Of a stretch of DNA of 64,000 nt, positions 9,407 to 18,745 are shown piece by piece; position 1 is the first letter of the stretch, and each line of letters starts with the position of its first letter. The notes under the pieces are model-generated. The model had not been told where the DNA came from. It did not search any database and was given only the letters and a program-made list of their open reading frames with translations. A program made the position numbers and the translations under genes. Origin of the DNA: Syntrophales bacterium (GTDB lineage: Bacteria > Desulfobacterota > Syntrophia > Syntrophales > UBA5619); NCBI GenBank assembly GCA_023229765.1, contig JALNYO010000020.1:1525-65524 (forward strand), written 5' to 3'.

Positions 9407-10375
9407 TTAGGTGGCATTATCGCTTGCCTTCAGGCGAACGGCCCTTTTATAATGGTTTTTATAGTAAGAAGAATTGAGGCTGTCCACGCGGACTCCCTTG
9501 TTTTGCGAGGCAGCATGGACAAATTTATTTCCGCCGATGTAAATGCCGACATGACCAATCCTGTTATTGTTATTGAAGAAGATAAGATCCCCTTCCACCA
9601 GGTTGCTCTTGGCAACTTCGATGCCGACATGGGATTGTTCGGCAGCCGTTCGCGGAAGATCAATGCCGAACAACGAATATATTTTCTTGACAAAACCGGA
9701 GCAGTCTATCCCCTGGACAGAAGACCCGCCCAAACGATAGGGGGCGCCGAGGAAGGCAAGCGCTACCTTGACGAGCAGTTGCTGTTCATCAGGGGTGTTC
9801 CATTCGCCCAGCAGTTCCCTTTTTTCGTTATCGCCAATAACCGCTTCATTTTTTTCAGGTAGGTCGGAGAGAGCGGCAAGATTGATATCCTCTTTTTCGT
9901 TCTCTATGCTGGGTTGGGCATCTGTGAGGTTCCCGGCAGACGGCTCCGTTATTTTTTTCGTATTATTTTCTTTATCTAAAGCAATTTTTTGTCCGATCTC
10001 TATGCGGGTCGAGGAGAGATTATTGATTCTTCTCAGCTCCTCCGCGGAAACGCCGGTTTTTGCTGCTATCCGGGAGAGGGTATCCCCTTTTTTAACAGAG
10101 TAAAACTCAGCTTTTCTCTTTGGGGACAGATTTGCAGTTTCCAGTTCTGCTTTTGCAGAGGGTATAATCAAAGTCTGTTTTAGATTGAGTTTGCTGTTTT
10201 TCAGGTGATTGGTCTCTTTAAGGGCAGTTACTGTGACGGCGTTTTTCTCGGCGATTGACGATAGGGTGTCGCCGCGCTGGACCTTGTATTGCTGCTTGGC
10301 AAGGGCATTTCCGGATAACAAAATTAGCGCAAATAGAATGCCCAGTGCAATCCGTGGCAAATCAATCCATTTCAT
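9407..10375 (-). CDS. LysM-domain NlpC/P60 (C40) peptidoglycan endopeptidase
   Basis: Signal peptide. Two LysM repeats (YKVQRGDTLSSIA, YSVKKGDTLSRIA). NlpC/P60 core (GIDCSGFV ... GHVGIYIG ... FVHA). Confidence 0.85.
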   Translation of the reverse strand: MKWIDLPRIALGILFALILLSGNALAKQQYKVQRGDTLSSIAEKNAVTVTALKETNHLKNSKLNLKQTLIIPSAKAELETANLSPKRKAEFYSVKKGDTLSRIAAKTGVSAEELRRINNLSSTRIEIGQKIALDKENNTKKITEPSAGNLTDAQPSIENEKEDINLAALSDLPEKNEAVIGDNEKRELLGEWNTPDEQQLLVKVALAFLGAPYRLGGSSVQGIDCSGFVKKIYSLFGIDLPRTAAEQSHVGIEVAKSNLVEGDLIFFNNNNRIGHVGIYIGGNKFVHAASQNKGVRVDSLNSSYYKNHYKRAVRLKASDNAT

Positions 10376-10556
10376 AAATATCCCTCCCGGCCGATCCGAA
10401 ATCGCTACTTATTTGTTGATATTGCTGATATTTTCAACGCATTATCATAGATATGCTTAAATGTTTCGTTCGCTTCTATCGAAATTGTGAAATAAAGTCA
10501 AATTAATTTTATAAGGCATGTTGAAACATGGCCTGGCCGCCGCCGCTAAAAACTCC

Positions 10557-10585
10557 TTGACACCGAGTGCGGCTGAGGATAAATC
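10557..10585 (+). promoter_or_regulatory. Sigma70-like promoter candidate for feoAB (TTGACA-17-TAAATC)
   Basis: Hexamers read directly from the sequence. The -10 matches TATAAT at 4/6 positions. About 65 nt upstream of the feoAB start. Confidence 0.3.
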
Positions 10586-10650
10586 TCGCAAAGGAAAGAT
10601 AAGGTTAAGTTGCGACTATTGTACAAATTCATTTCAAAAGGGGCGGCATT

Positions 10651-12621
10651 ATGAATCCTGTGGATGTGGCTACGCTCCTTTCACTGCGTGAAAATGAAAC
10701 TGCCCAAATAATAGAGATCCAGGGCGGAGCGCTCCTGGAAACAAAACTCAAAGCCATGGGTCTTTACAAGGGCAGGAATATCGTGAAGCGTTCGCCGGCC
10801 GATTCTAAGGGACCTTCCATTGTTGAAGTAATGGGGACAAGTCTCGCCTTAGGTCAGGGCATGGCGGCCCAAATTATTGTAAAAATACAACCGCGCAAGT
10901 TGATGCTGGCGGGCAATCCCAATGTCGGCAAGAGCGTCGTTTTTGCCCGTCTGACTGGACTCGAGGTCATTTCTTCAAATTACCCAGGTACAACCGTTGA
11001 ATATACCTCCGGGCACACTGTTTTGGCAGGAGAGCGTTTCACCATTATCGATGTGCCGGGGGCTTACAGTCATCAGGCGACAAACAAGGCGGAGGAGGTC
11101 GCTTCCGGTTTGCTTGCCGGCGAAGACAAGTCCCTTATTCTAAACGTAGTCGATGCCACCAATCTGGAACGTAATCTTTTTTATACACTTGAGCTATCTT
11201 CACTGGGCGTCCCCATCATCATTCTGCTGAACAAGTGGGATATAGCCAATACTCACGGCGTGAACATCGACACAACCATTCTGCAAAAACATCTGGGGAT
11301 AAGGGTTATTCCTTTTGTGGCGACTACCGGAGAGGGGATTGCCGAACTGAGAGCCGCCATGGATGATTTTAAAAAGGGGCTATTGTCTCTGCCTGCCCAG
11401 CCTCCCGAAAACGCCGACGACCGCTGGAAATTGATTGGACGCATCACGGCGGAATGTCAGAAAATAACTCATCGTCATGCCACATTTCTCGAAAAAATGC
11501 AGGATGCGACCTCGCGTCCTGCTACCGGGCTGCCTTTCGCAGCCCTCGTCATGTTCGCCGTTTTTCTGATAATACGCTATGCTGGGGAAGGGCTTATCAA
11601 TTATCTCCTCGACCCTCTTTTTACAAAAGGGTGGATGCCGCTTCTGAATCTTTTGCTGGACGGCCTCGACGACGGGTTTATTAAGACAATACTTATGGGC
11701 GCTACTCCGGAACCGATGCAGTCCTTCGGGCTTTTGACGACCGGGCTCTACATACCGCTCGTAACGGTGCTCCCATATATAGTTTCCTTTTACTTTGTTC
11801 TCAGTCTGCTGGAGGATGTTGGTTATCTGCCGAGACTGGCGGTTCTGCTCGACAGTTACATGCACCATCTTGGTCTGCACGGTTACGGGACGATCCCGCT
11901 CATGCTTGGCCTTGGATGCAAGGTGCCGGCAATTCTGGCGACGCGAGTGCTGGAAACAACGCGCGAGAGGGTTATCGCGACGGCGCTTACCCTGTCTCTT
12001 GCCCCCTGCATGCCGCAGACAGCGATGATCTTCAGCCTGCTTTCCCCTTATCCAGTAAAATACACGCTTACCGCTTTTCTATCGATAGCTTTGGCCGGAA
12101 TTATCAGCTCGTTTATTCTCAGCCGGATGCTGAAAGGGGAAACGCCTGAACTTTTTATTGAGATTCCCCCGTATCAGATTCCTTCCGCTTCCATTCTGGG
12201 CAAGAAATTATATTTCCGCTTAAAGGATTTTATCGTCGAGGCGGTCCCGATGATCATTTTCGGAGTCCTGCTTGTCGGTCTGCTGGAGACTGCTGGTTTA
12301 CTGAAGGGGCTGTCGCAGTTTTTCAAGCCCGTGGTAACGGGCCTGCTCGGGTTGCCCCCGGAAACGGTATCCGTACTGACGCTGGGGTTTCTCCGCAAGG
12401 ATGTATCCATAGCCCTGCTTATCCCGTTTAATCTGGCCCCTGGCTCGATCGTGGTTGCAAGTGTCTTTCTCACTCTTTTTCTCCCCTGTGTGGCGAGCTT
12501 TATGATTACCTTAAGAGAACTGGGAGCTAAAAATGCGGCACTGGTGTTTTTTTTCAATTTGACGGCCGCCGTTGTTTTCGCGTCTCTGCTGAATTTGTTT
12601 TTTGGATTGATCAACTGGTAG
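10651..12621 (+). CDS. feoB: Ferrous iron transporter FeoB with fused N-terminal FeoA domain
   Basis: FeoA-like SH3 domain in the first ~75 aa. G-protein motifs GNPNVGKS, DVPG and NKWD. Large polytopic C-terminal domain. Confidence 0.9.
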   Translation: MNPVDVATLLSLRENETAQIIEIQGGALLETKLKAMGLYKGRNIVKRSPADSKGPSIVEVMGTSLALGQGMAAQIIVKIQPRKLMLAGNPNVGKSVVFARLTGLEVISSNYPGTTVEYTSGHTVLAGERFTIIDVPGAYSHQATNKAEEVASGLLAGEDKSLILNVVDATNLERNLFYTLELSSLGVPIIILLNKWDIANTHGVNIDTTILQKHLGIRVIPFVATTGEGIAELRAAMDDFKKGLLSLPAQPPENADDRWKLIGRITAECQKITHRHATFLEKMQDATSRPATGLPFAALVMFAVFLIIRYAGEGLINYLLDPLFTKGWMPLLNLLLDGLDDGFIKTILMGATPEPMQSFGLLTTGLYIPLVTVLPYIVSFYFVLSLLEDVGYLPRLAVLLDSYMHHLGLHGYGTIPLMLGLGCKVPAILATRVLETTRERVIATALTLSLAPCMPQTAMIFSLLSPYPVKYTLTAFLSIALAGIISSFILSRMLKGETPELFIEIPPYQIPSASILGKKLYFRLKDFIVEAVPMIIFGVLLVGLLETAGLLKGLSQFFKPVVTGLLGLPPETVSVLTLGFLRKDVSIALLIPFNLAPGSIVVASVFLTLFLPCVASFMITLRELGAKNAALVFFFNLTAAVVFASLLNLFFGLINW

Positions 12622-12654
12622 TTTTCCTGCGTCTTGTCGCCAATAGTCAACCGC

Positions 12655-13773
12655 CTATATCAGCGCCAGACTGTCGGCAATGGCCATACCGCGACGCGTC
12701 GGTTTCAGAAAACCCTCGCTGAGCTCAACAAAACCGCCCGCAACGAGCTGGTCGATCGCCGGTTTTTTTTCTTTTAGTAAATCCTGACCGTAGCGAACCC
12801 GGAACCCCTCGAGACATATTCCCCGCTGTGTCCTGAGTCCCAGAAAGAGGGCCTCCAGCCGGAGCTTTCCCGGAGTGAGCCTTTCTCGTTCCTCGACAGG
12901 CAATCGTCCTGCTTGCAGTTCTTCGATGTAGGAGGCGACGGAGGTGCGGTTCCAGCTCCGTTCGCAGCCGGAAAAAGAGTGGGCGGATGGTCCTAACCCG
13001 AGGTATGGTATGTGGTTCCAGTATTTTTGATTGTGACGCGACTCTCTGCCCGGAAGAGCGAAATTCGAAACCTCGTACTGGCGATACCCCTCCCTTTCAA
13101 GCAGTTCGGCTGTGCGGAAAAAGAATTCCGCCTGCAGTTGTTCGTCGGGAAGAACGACCCTGCCTTGGGAAACAGCTTGCGCAAAAGGCGTTCCTTCCTC
13201 AATGGTCAACTGGTAACAGGAGAGATGTTCGGGATGGAGGGAGATCGCTTGACGGAGCGTTTCCTCCCATTTCTGTATGCTTTGTCCGGGTATGCCATAG
13301 ATCAGGTCAAGGGAGATGTTCGCAAATCCGGACTTGCGGGCGGCTTTCACGGTTTCCATCGCCTGTCTGGCCCGATGGCGTCTGCCCAGAAAAGTCAGGA
13401 TGTCGTCGTTGAAGGATTGCACGCCGATGCTAAGCCGATTCACGCCGGCTCGATAAAGAAATAACAACGTTTCGCGTTTAGTGTCGGCGGGGTTTATTTC
13501 GACAGTAATCTCCGCCCCCGCCGCAATGGCAAAGGAGGCGCGGGCATTCGCGATCAGATTTTCGATTTGCTGGCGAGTAAGGACGGAGGGGGTGCCACCC
13601 CCGATATAGAAGGTGTCAAAGGTTTCTGTCCAGTTTTTGTAATAATCCATCTCCCGGCAAAGGGCGTCAAGGTAGCCGTCGATCAGGGAGCTGTCGGTAA
13701 TTGAGTAAAATCCGCAATAACGGCATTTGCTTAAGCAGAAGGGAACATGAATGTACAGTCCCGGCGAGAGCAC
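12655..13773 (-). CDS. hemW: Radical SAM heme chaperone HemW (HemN-like, coproporphyrinogen III oxidase family)
   Basis: CxxxCxxC motif (FCLSKCRYCGF) and GGGTPS motif. I set the start at the GTG 2 nt after the lepA stop. The longer ORF-track N-terminus overlaps lepA and is Arg/Pro-rich junk. Confidence 0.8.
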   Translation of the reverse strand: MLSPGLYIHVPFCLSKCRYCGFYSITDSSLIDGYLDALCREMDYYKNWTETFDTFYIGGGTPSVLTRQQIENLIANARASFAIAAGAEITVEINPADTKRETLLFLYRAGVNRLSIGVQSFNDDILTFLGRRHRARQAMETVKAARKSGFANISLDLIYGIPGQSIQKWEETLRQAISLHPEHLSCYQLTIEEGTPFAQAVSQGRVVLPDEQLQAEFFFRTAELLEREGYRQYEVSNFALPGRESRHNQKYWNHIPYLGLGPSAHSFSGCERSWNRTSVASYIEELQAGRLPVEERERLTPGKLRLEALFLGLRTQRGICLEGFRVRYGQDLLKEKKPAIDQLVAGGFVELSEGFLKPTRRGMAIADSLALI

Positions 13774-13775
13774 TT

Positions 13776-15572
13776 TTATTCCGTATCTGATTTTAAAACG
13801 GAGAGGAAGGCGCTTTGCGGGATGCTCACGTTGCCGATCATCTTCATCCGTTTTTTGCCCTTTTTCTGTTTTTCGAGCAGTTTCCTTTTGCGGGAGATGT
13901 CGCCGCCGTAGCACTTCGCGATTACGTCTTTTCGGAAGGCGGAAATGGTTGTGCGGGAGATTACCTCGCCGCCGATTGCCCCCTGGATCGCAATCTTGAA
14001 CATTTGGCGGGGGATCTCCTCCTTGAGCCTTTCGCATGCCTGAAGTCCGCGGGAACGGGCCCGCTCGCGGTGAACGATTTGCGACAGCGCATCCACCTTT
14101 TCCCCGTTTACCAGAATATCTAGCAAAACGAGGGTGCTTTCCCGATAATCGATGATGTCGTAGTCAAAAGAACCGTATCCCTGGGTAATGGATTTGAAGC
14201 GGTCATAGAAATCGAAGATCACCTCGGCGAGCGGCATCTCATAGGTAAGCTCGGCGCGCCCGGGGCTTGGGTAGTTCAACGTTGAGTTGACGCCCCTTTT
14301 TTCCATGCAGAGCTTCATGACGACGCCCAAATACCTCTCCGGCAGCATCATCGCTGCCCGTATGTACGGTTCCTCAGCTTTCATTATGGACAACTGATCC
14401 GGATAATGCGCTGGGTTGTCCACAAAAAATGTCGTGCCGTCCTTCAGCGTGAACCGGAAGCGGACGCTGGGGACGGAAATGATAATAGAGAGGTCGAATT
14501 CCCTCTCTAAACGTTCCTGGACGATATCGAGGTGGAGAAGACCGAGGAACCCACAGCGGAAACCTTGACCAAGCGCCGCGGAAGAATCCTTTTCATAGAT
14601 GAATGAGGCGTCATTGAGCTTGTATTTTTCCAGAGAATCAGACAGATCGGAGTAATCGTCAGCGGCGATCGGATAAATTGAGGCGAAAACAACCGGTTTT
14701 ACCTCCTTGAAGCCAGGGAGTGGTTTTTCGCAGGGACGATTTTCGAGCGTTATCGTGTCGCCGGTGCGCACATCCGAGACCGTCTTCACGCCGGCGATAA
14801 TGTAGCCAACATCCCCGGCGCGGAGGCTTTCCCTTTTTACCCGCTGGAGCAGAAAATGGCCGACCTCTTCAACCCTGTACGAAGAATTGTTATAAACAAA
14901 GCGGATAATGTCTCCGGCCTTTATGGTTCCATCAAATATCCGGCAATGGATAACCGTTCCCCGGAAGGAATCGTATTTTGCGTCAAAGATCAACGCGGCA
15001 AGCGGCGCATCCGGATTGCCCTGCGGCGGGGGAACACGAGCCACAACAGCTTCAAGTATCTCCTCTATGCCGATACCCATTTTTGCTGAACATTTCAGGT
15101 GGTCGGTCGCATCCAGCCCCAGTTCCGATTCGATCTGCTCGATTACCCTGTCCACATCCGCGGACGGCAGGTCTATCTTGTTGATGACGATGATTATCTC
15201 CAGATTGTGTTCCATGGCCAAATAGAGGTTGGCCAGGGTCTGGGCCTGCACCCCTTGCGCGGCGTCGATGAGCAGCAAGACCCCTTCGCAGGAGGCCAGC
15301 GAGCGCGACACTTCATAGCTGAAATCTACGTGACCAGGGGTATCGATCAGATTAAGCGTATAATCAATGCCGTTCTTGGCCCGGTAGGGTAAAGAAACTA
15401 CCTGGCTTTTGATCGTAATTCCCCGCTCGCGTTCTATGTCCATATTGTCGAGTATCTGATCCTGAAAATTGCGATCCTCGACAATGCCGGTAAACTGGAT
15501 AAGCCGGTCGGCAAGGGTTGACTTGCCGTGGTCGATATGAGCTATAATGCTAAAATTTCTTATGTTGTCCAT
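13776..15572 (-). CDS. lepA: Elongation factor 4
   Basis: IRNFSIIAHIDHGKSTLADR, DTPGHVDF, NKID and the characteristic LepA C-terminal domain. Confidence 0.97.
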   Translation of the reverse strand: MDNIRNFSIIAHIDHGKSTLADRLIQFTGIVEDRNFQDQILDNMDIERERGITIKSQVVSLPYRAKNGIDYTLNLIDTPGHVDFSYEVSRSLASCEGVLLLIDAAQGVQAQTLANLYLAMEHNLEIIIVINKIDLPSADVDRVIEQIESELGLDATDHLKCSAKMGIGIEEILEAVVARVPPPQGNPDAPLAALIFDAKYDSFRGTVIHCRIFDGTIKAGDIIRFVYNNSSYRVEEVGHFLLQRVKRESLRAGDVGYIIAGVKTVSDVRTGDTITLENRPCEKPLPGFKEVKPVVFASIYPIAADDYSDLSDSLEKYKLNDASFIYEKDSSAALGQGFRCGFLGLLHLDIVQERLEREFDLSIIISVPSVRFRFTLKDGTTFFVDNPAHYPDQLSIMKAEEPYIRAAMMLPERYLGVVMKLCMEKRGVNSTLNYPSPGRAELTYEMPLAEVIFDFYDRFKSITQGYGSFDYDIIDYRESTLVLLDILVNGEKVDALSQIVHRERARSRGLQACERLKEEIPRQMFKIAIQGAIGGEVISRTTISAFRKDVIAKCYGGDISRKRKLLEKQKKGKKRMKMIGNVSIPQSAFLSVLKSDTE

Positions 15573-15634
15573 TATATGTGTGTATAGTGTCTCTGTTTAT
15601 TTGCTTTGCCTCACGACTTTCATGAAACGCTCAA

Positions 15635-16309
15635 TCAGGCGAGCTTGGGGAGGAGTGACGCAGAGACTTCCTCTACGCCGGGCGCTCCGTCAACTTCTAT
15701 TAGAGTAGTGAGACTCCTGAAATAATTGATCGCGGCAAGTGTTCCCGATTTCTTGTCGTAGTAGATGTCGTGACGTCTGTCAATCGCCGCCTCGTCCTGA
15801 TCATCGGCCCGGACGCCCAATTGGTCGGAACCGCAGATACGGCAATGCAATTTTCCCTCTTTTTCGATGGGTTTTATCGCGTCAATGAAGATATTGTTGG
15901 GGTGATTGTTGTCAACCGCGCAAATACGTCGTCCCATGATCCGTTTCTTGGCGATCTCACGGGGAAGGACTATTTCGATAACATAATTGAGTTTTATTCT
16001 GGCTTCATTCAATGCATTTGCAAGGGCTTTGGCCTGGGTCAGATTGCGGGGAAAGCCGTCGAGCAGCCAACCGTTTTTGCAGTCGCTTTCCTGCAGACGA
16101 TTGAGGATCATTGGGACGGTTATCTCATCGGGCACCAGCTCTCCCCGCTCAATAAATTCTTTGGCCCTGTTCCCCAGATCTGTCTTTTTCTTGATATTCT
16201 CCCGAAAAATGACCCCTGTCTCTATGTGCAAAACGTTGAACTTTTTTTTAATGGAAGCACCCTGGGTACCCTTGCCGCTTCCATTAGGTCCAAAAATCAG
16301 CATGTTCAT
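15635..16309 (-). CDS. adk: Adenylate kinase with long Cys-X5-His...Cys-X2-Cys lid
   Basis: P-loop GPNGSGKGTQ, LLDGFPR and a lid region. I chose the ATG at 16309, which is preceded by a GGGGGTG RBS. The upstream ORF-track extension has no support. Confidence 0.9.
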   Translation of the reverse strand: MNMLIFGPNGSGKGTQGASIKKKFNVLHIETGVIFRENIKKKTDLGNRAKEFIERGELVPDEITVPMILNRLQESDCKNGWLLDGFPRNLTQAKALANALNEARIKLNYVIEIVLPREIAKKRIMGRRICAVDNNHPNNIFIDAIKPIEKEGKLHCRICGSDQLGVRADDQDEAAIDRRHDIYYDKKSGTLAAINYFRSLTTLIEVDGAPGVEEVSASLLPKLA

Positions 16310-16554
16310 AGTATCACACCCCCTGTTTGATAATATTTTGTTGCTTCTTGATACTTTTTGTAGATTCAAAAGGCACTCAATTTTGCCGACCCCAATACTG
16401 CGGAGTTGAGAAGATAGTCGCCACTCTTGCAGGGGCAGTTTTAGAGCAGAACACGGTAAGTTGCCTGAAAAACAGCGGGACATTAGTGCAAGAAGGAAAA
16501 AATGTCAAGTAAGAACAATTATAGGGGTGTGCGACAAATTTATGGGTAACAATT

Positions 16555-16938
16555 TCAAGCGGCGGCCCGATGCTCCCAAAAATCTTCCCAGCGGTTGCTA
16601 AGAATGCTGCAGCGCAGGGCTACGATACTGTCTGCACTCTTTACGGTCCAGTGCATTCCCGATTGTTTCAAACGCTGTGCTGCCAAGGTTCTACAGCCTG
16701 CTTCCATGACTCCAGAGCCTACAAAGAACCCACGTCTCCGAAAATCCGCATACCGCATCCGCTCCTTGTTTTTCTCAAAATAACCAGCTTCCCTTTCACC
16801 TGCGGCTTTATCGTATCCCGTCAGGGATGAACAACGACTGATGGCGGCAATAACATCTTCCGGCAGTCTCTTTTTACCCATATTTTTGTCGCAGACCCCA
16901 ATTATAACAACAATCGCAAATCGAAGATTAATGTTCAT
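16555..16938 (-). pseudogene. C-terminal remnant of an IS transposase (ISKra4/ISLre2-like)
   Basis: YFEKNKERMRYADFRRRGFFVGSGVMEAGCRTL..RLKQSGMHWTVKSADSIVALRCSILSNRWEDFW resembles the conserved C-terminus of that transposase group (from memory). Only ~115 aa are present. The apparent start codon belongs to a copy of the 21-bp repeat. Confidence 0.5.
16918..16938 (-). repeat. 21-bp repeat unit, locus A (1 copy)
   Basis: The plus strand reads AAATCGAAGATTAATGTTCAT, the reverse complement of ATGAACATTAATCTTCGATTT. Confidence 0.9.
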
Positions 16939-17030
16939 AATTTGTCAGGTTGACTTTTCAACGGACTGAACGTATTGAAAGAGAAAAAGAAACCTTTAAC
17001 CTGCGAAATATTTTACCACACAACGGGGAC

Positions 17031-18725
17031 ATGAACGATAAATATTTACAAAAAGATAATATAAAAGAGCGAATTCGTTTACTTATCCTCTCTCGGTTAT
17101 TTATCGTTACGTTTATTATGGGGATAGCCGTTTTCGCCAAGGTAAATGCGGGCGGTGAAATTTCTGATATCTACAGATCAGCTCTTTTTATTACGATAAT
17201 ATCCATATACATTACTTCCATTGGATTCTTTCTCGTTTTCTACTATCTCCGGAATGTTTTAATAAATATTTATATTCAAGGCATCGCTGATGTAATTGCC
17301 ATAACGGCAATGGTTTACGGTACCGGGGGAATTCACAGTTTATATTCGGTTTTCTATCCTCTTGTTATAATTTATACTGTTACATTTCTTGGCCGGGGGG
17401 GAGGGTTGCTTATCGCCTCCGCAGCTGCCATATTTTATGGTTTTCTTGCTGTTCTGGAGTATTACTCTTTGATTATCCCGGCTGTGCTTACACCTTTTGA
17501 TATTTATCAACCGAATGCCGGGTATGTCTTGGCAAGGGTTTTAACCCATATCATATCCTTCTATTTCACCGCCTTCCTGTCAATATTTGTTGTCGATCAG
17601 GAGAAAAAGACGAGGGCGCTGCTTGCCGAAAAACAGGATGCCTTCACCAAGCTCGACATCCTTCATAAAAGCATAATTGAGTCTATAGACGCGGGCATTA
17701 TGACTGTCAATCCGGAAGGGCGGATAAAGTCTTTCAATCGTGCTGCGTCGGAGATAACCGGCTTTAATTTAAGTGAAGTTGAAAACCAAAGACTTGCCGA
17801 TATATTCCCAGATTTTTTTGATTTTTCACAGAAGCAAAAGAAGGGCGCCAACAACCCCCCTTTTTTCACACGTTTTGAAGGGGTATTTAATACAAGCAAG
17901 GGGAAAAAGTTAAAGCTTGGCGCTTCACTCTCACAGCTTCGCGATCCGCAGGGCCGAATTATCGGAGAGATTATCATCTTTGAGGATGTTGCGGAGATTA
18001 TCGAGATGCGGGAATCTCTGGAAAAAAGCCGCCGTCAGGCCTTTACCGGAGAAATTGCCGCCAATCTTGCCCATGAGATACGCAATCCCCTTGCCGCTAT
18101 TGGTGGCTCAATACAGCTGCTGCGCGAGGATACCCCCCTTGACCATGTCAATCAGAGACTATTTGACATAATTATGAGGGGAAAGGAGCAATTGGAGAGT
18201 TTTCTAAAAGACTTTTTATTACTGGCAAGACCTGCTCCGGGTATTTGCGAGGAGGTTGAGCTGCGAAAAACAATCCTTGATGTTATTGATTCACTTCGTC
18301 TTGTTCCTGATTGGCGCCAAGCGTTAAAACTTAACCTCAGACTGCCGGAAGCCCCGTTATTGATCAATGTGAATAAAACAGAGATCAGGCAGGTTCTCTG
18401 GAATCTGACTCTGAACGCTCTTCAGGCGATGCCTGCAGGCGGAGTTTTGACCATTGAAGTTGCGTTGTGCCGGAAGAACGACGCCGATGCCGTCCAAATA
18501 AGGATCAGCGATGACGGTTGCGGCATTGATAAAATTGACCTACGGCGGATATTTGAACCTTTTTATACGACAAGGGAAGTGGGCACTGGTCTGGGATTGG
18601 CGGTAGTCAGTCGGATAATTGAAAACTGGCAGGGGACGATAGCGGTGGAAAGTGAATCAGGAAAGGGGACAACGTTTGCAATAACGTTTCCTCCTGCGCG
18701 TTCGTGCCCGGGAAAAGCGATGTGA
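17031..18725 (+). CDS. Sensor histidine kinase (multi-TM N-terminus, PAS, HisKA, HATPase_c)
   Basis: H-box LAHEIRNPL. N, G1 and G2 boxes (NLTLNALQA, DDGCGI, GTGLGLAV). The ORF opens at the TTG at 16950. The first ATG is at 17031, so the start is uncertain. Confidence 0.85.
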   Translation: MNDKYLQKDNIKERIRLLILSRLFIVTFIMGIAVFAKVNAGGEISDIYRSALFITIISIYITSIGFFLVFYYLRNVLINIYIQGIADVIAITAMVYGTGGIHSLYSVFYPLVIIYTVTFLGRGGGLLIASAAAIFYGFLAVLEYYSLIIPAVLTPFDIYQPNAGYVLARVLTHIISFYFTAFLSIFVVDQEKKTRALLAEKQDAFTKLDILHKSIIESIDAGIMTVNPEGRIKSFNRAASEITGFNLSEVENQRLADIFPDFFDFSQKQKKGANNPPFFTRFEGVFNTSKGKKLKLGASLSQLRDPQGRIIGEIIIFEDVAEIIEMRESLEKSRRQAFTGEIAANLAHEIRNPLAAIGGSIQLLREDTPLDHVNQRLFDIIMRGKEQLESFLKDFLLLARPAPGICEEVELRKTILDVIDSLRLVPDWRQALKLNLRLPEAPLLINVNKTEIRQVLWNLTLNALQAMPAGGVLTIEVALCRKNDADAVQIRISDDGCGIDKIDLRRIFEPFYTTREVGTGLGLAVVSRIIENWQGTIAVESESGKGTTFAITFPPARSCPGKAM

Positions 18726-18745
18726 TATTGGAAGGTAACAAGCTT

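Noticed and set aside
10460-10650. Fur box upstream of feoAB
   Set aside because: Only scattered GATAA-like fragments are present (e.g. GGATAAATC). I could not align any convincing 19-bp Fur box.
13774-14037. N-terminal 88-aa extension of the hemW ORF given by the ORF track
   Set aside because: It overlaps the lepA 3' end in another frame and is Arg/Pro-rich. The conserved HemW sequence begins right at the GTG at 13773, 2 nt after the lepA stop.
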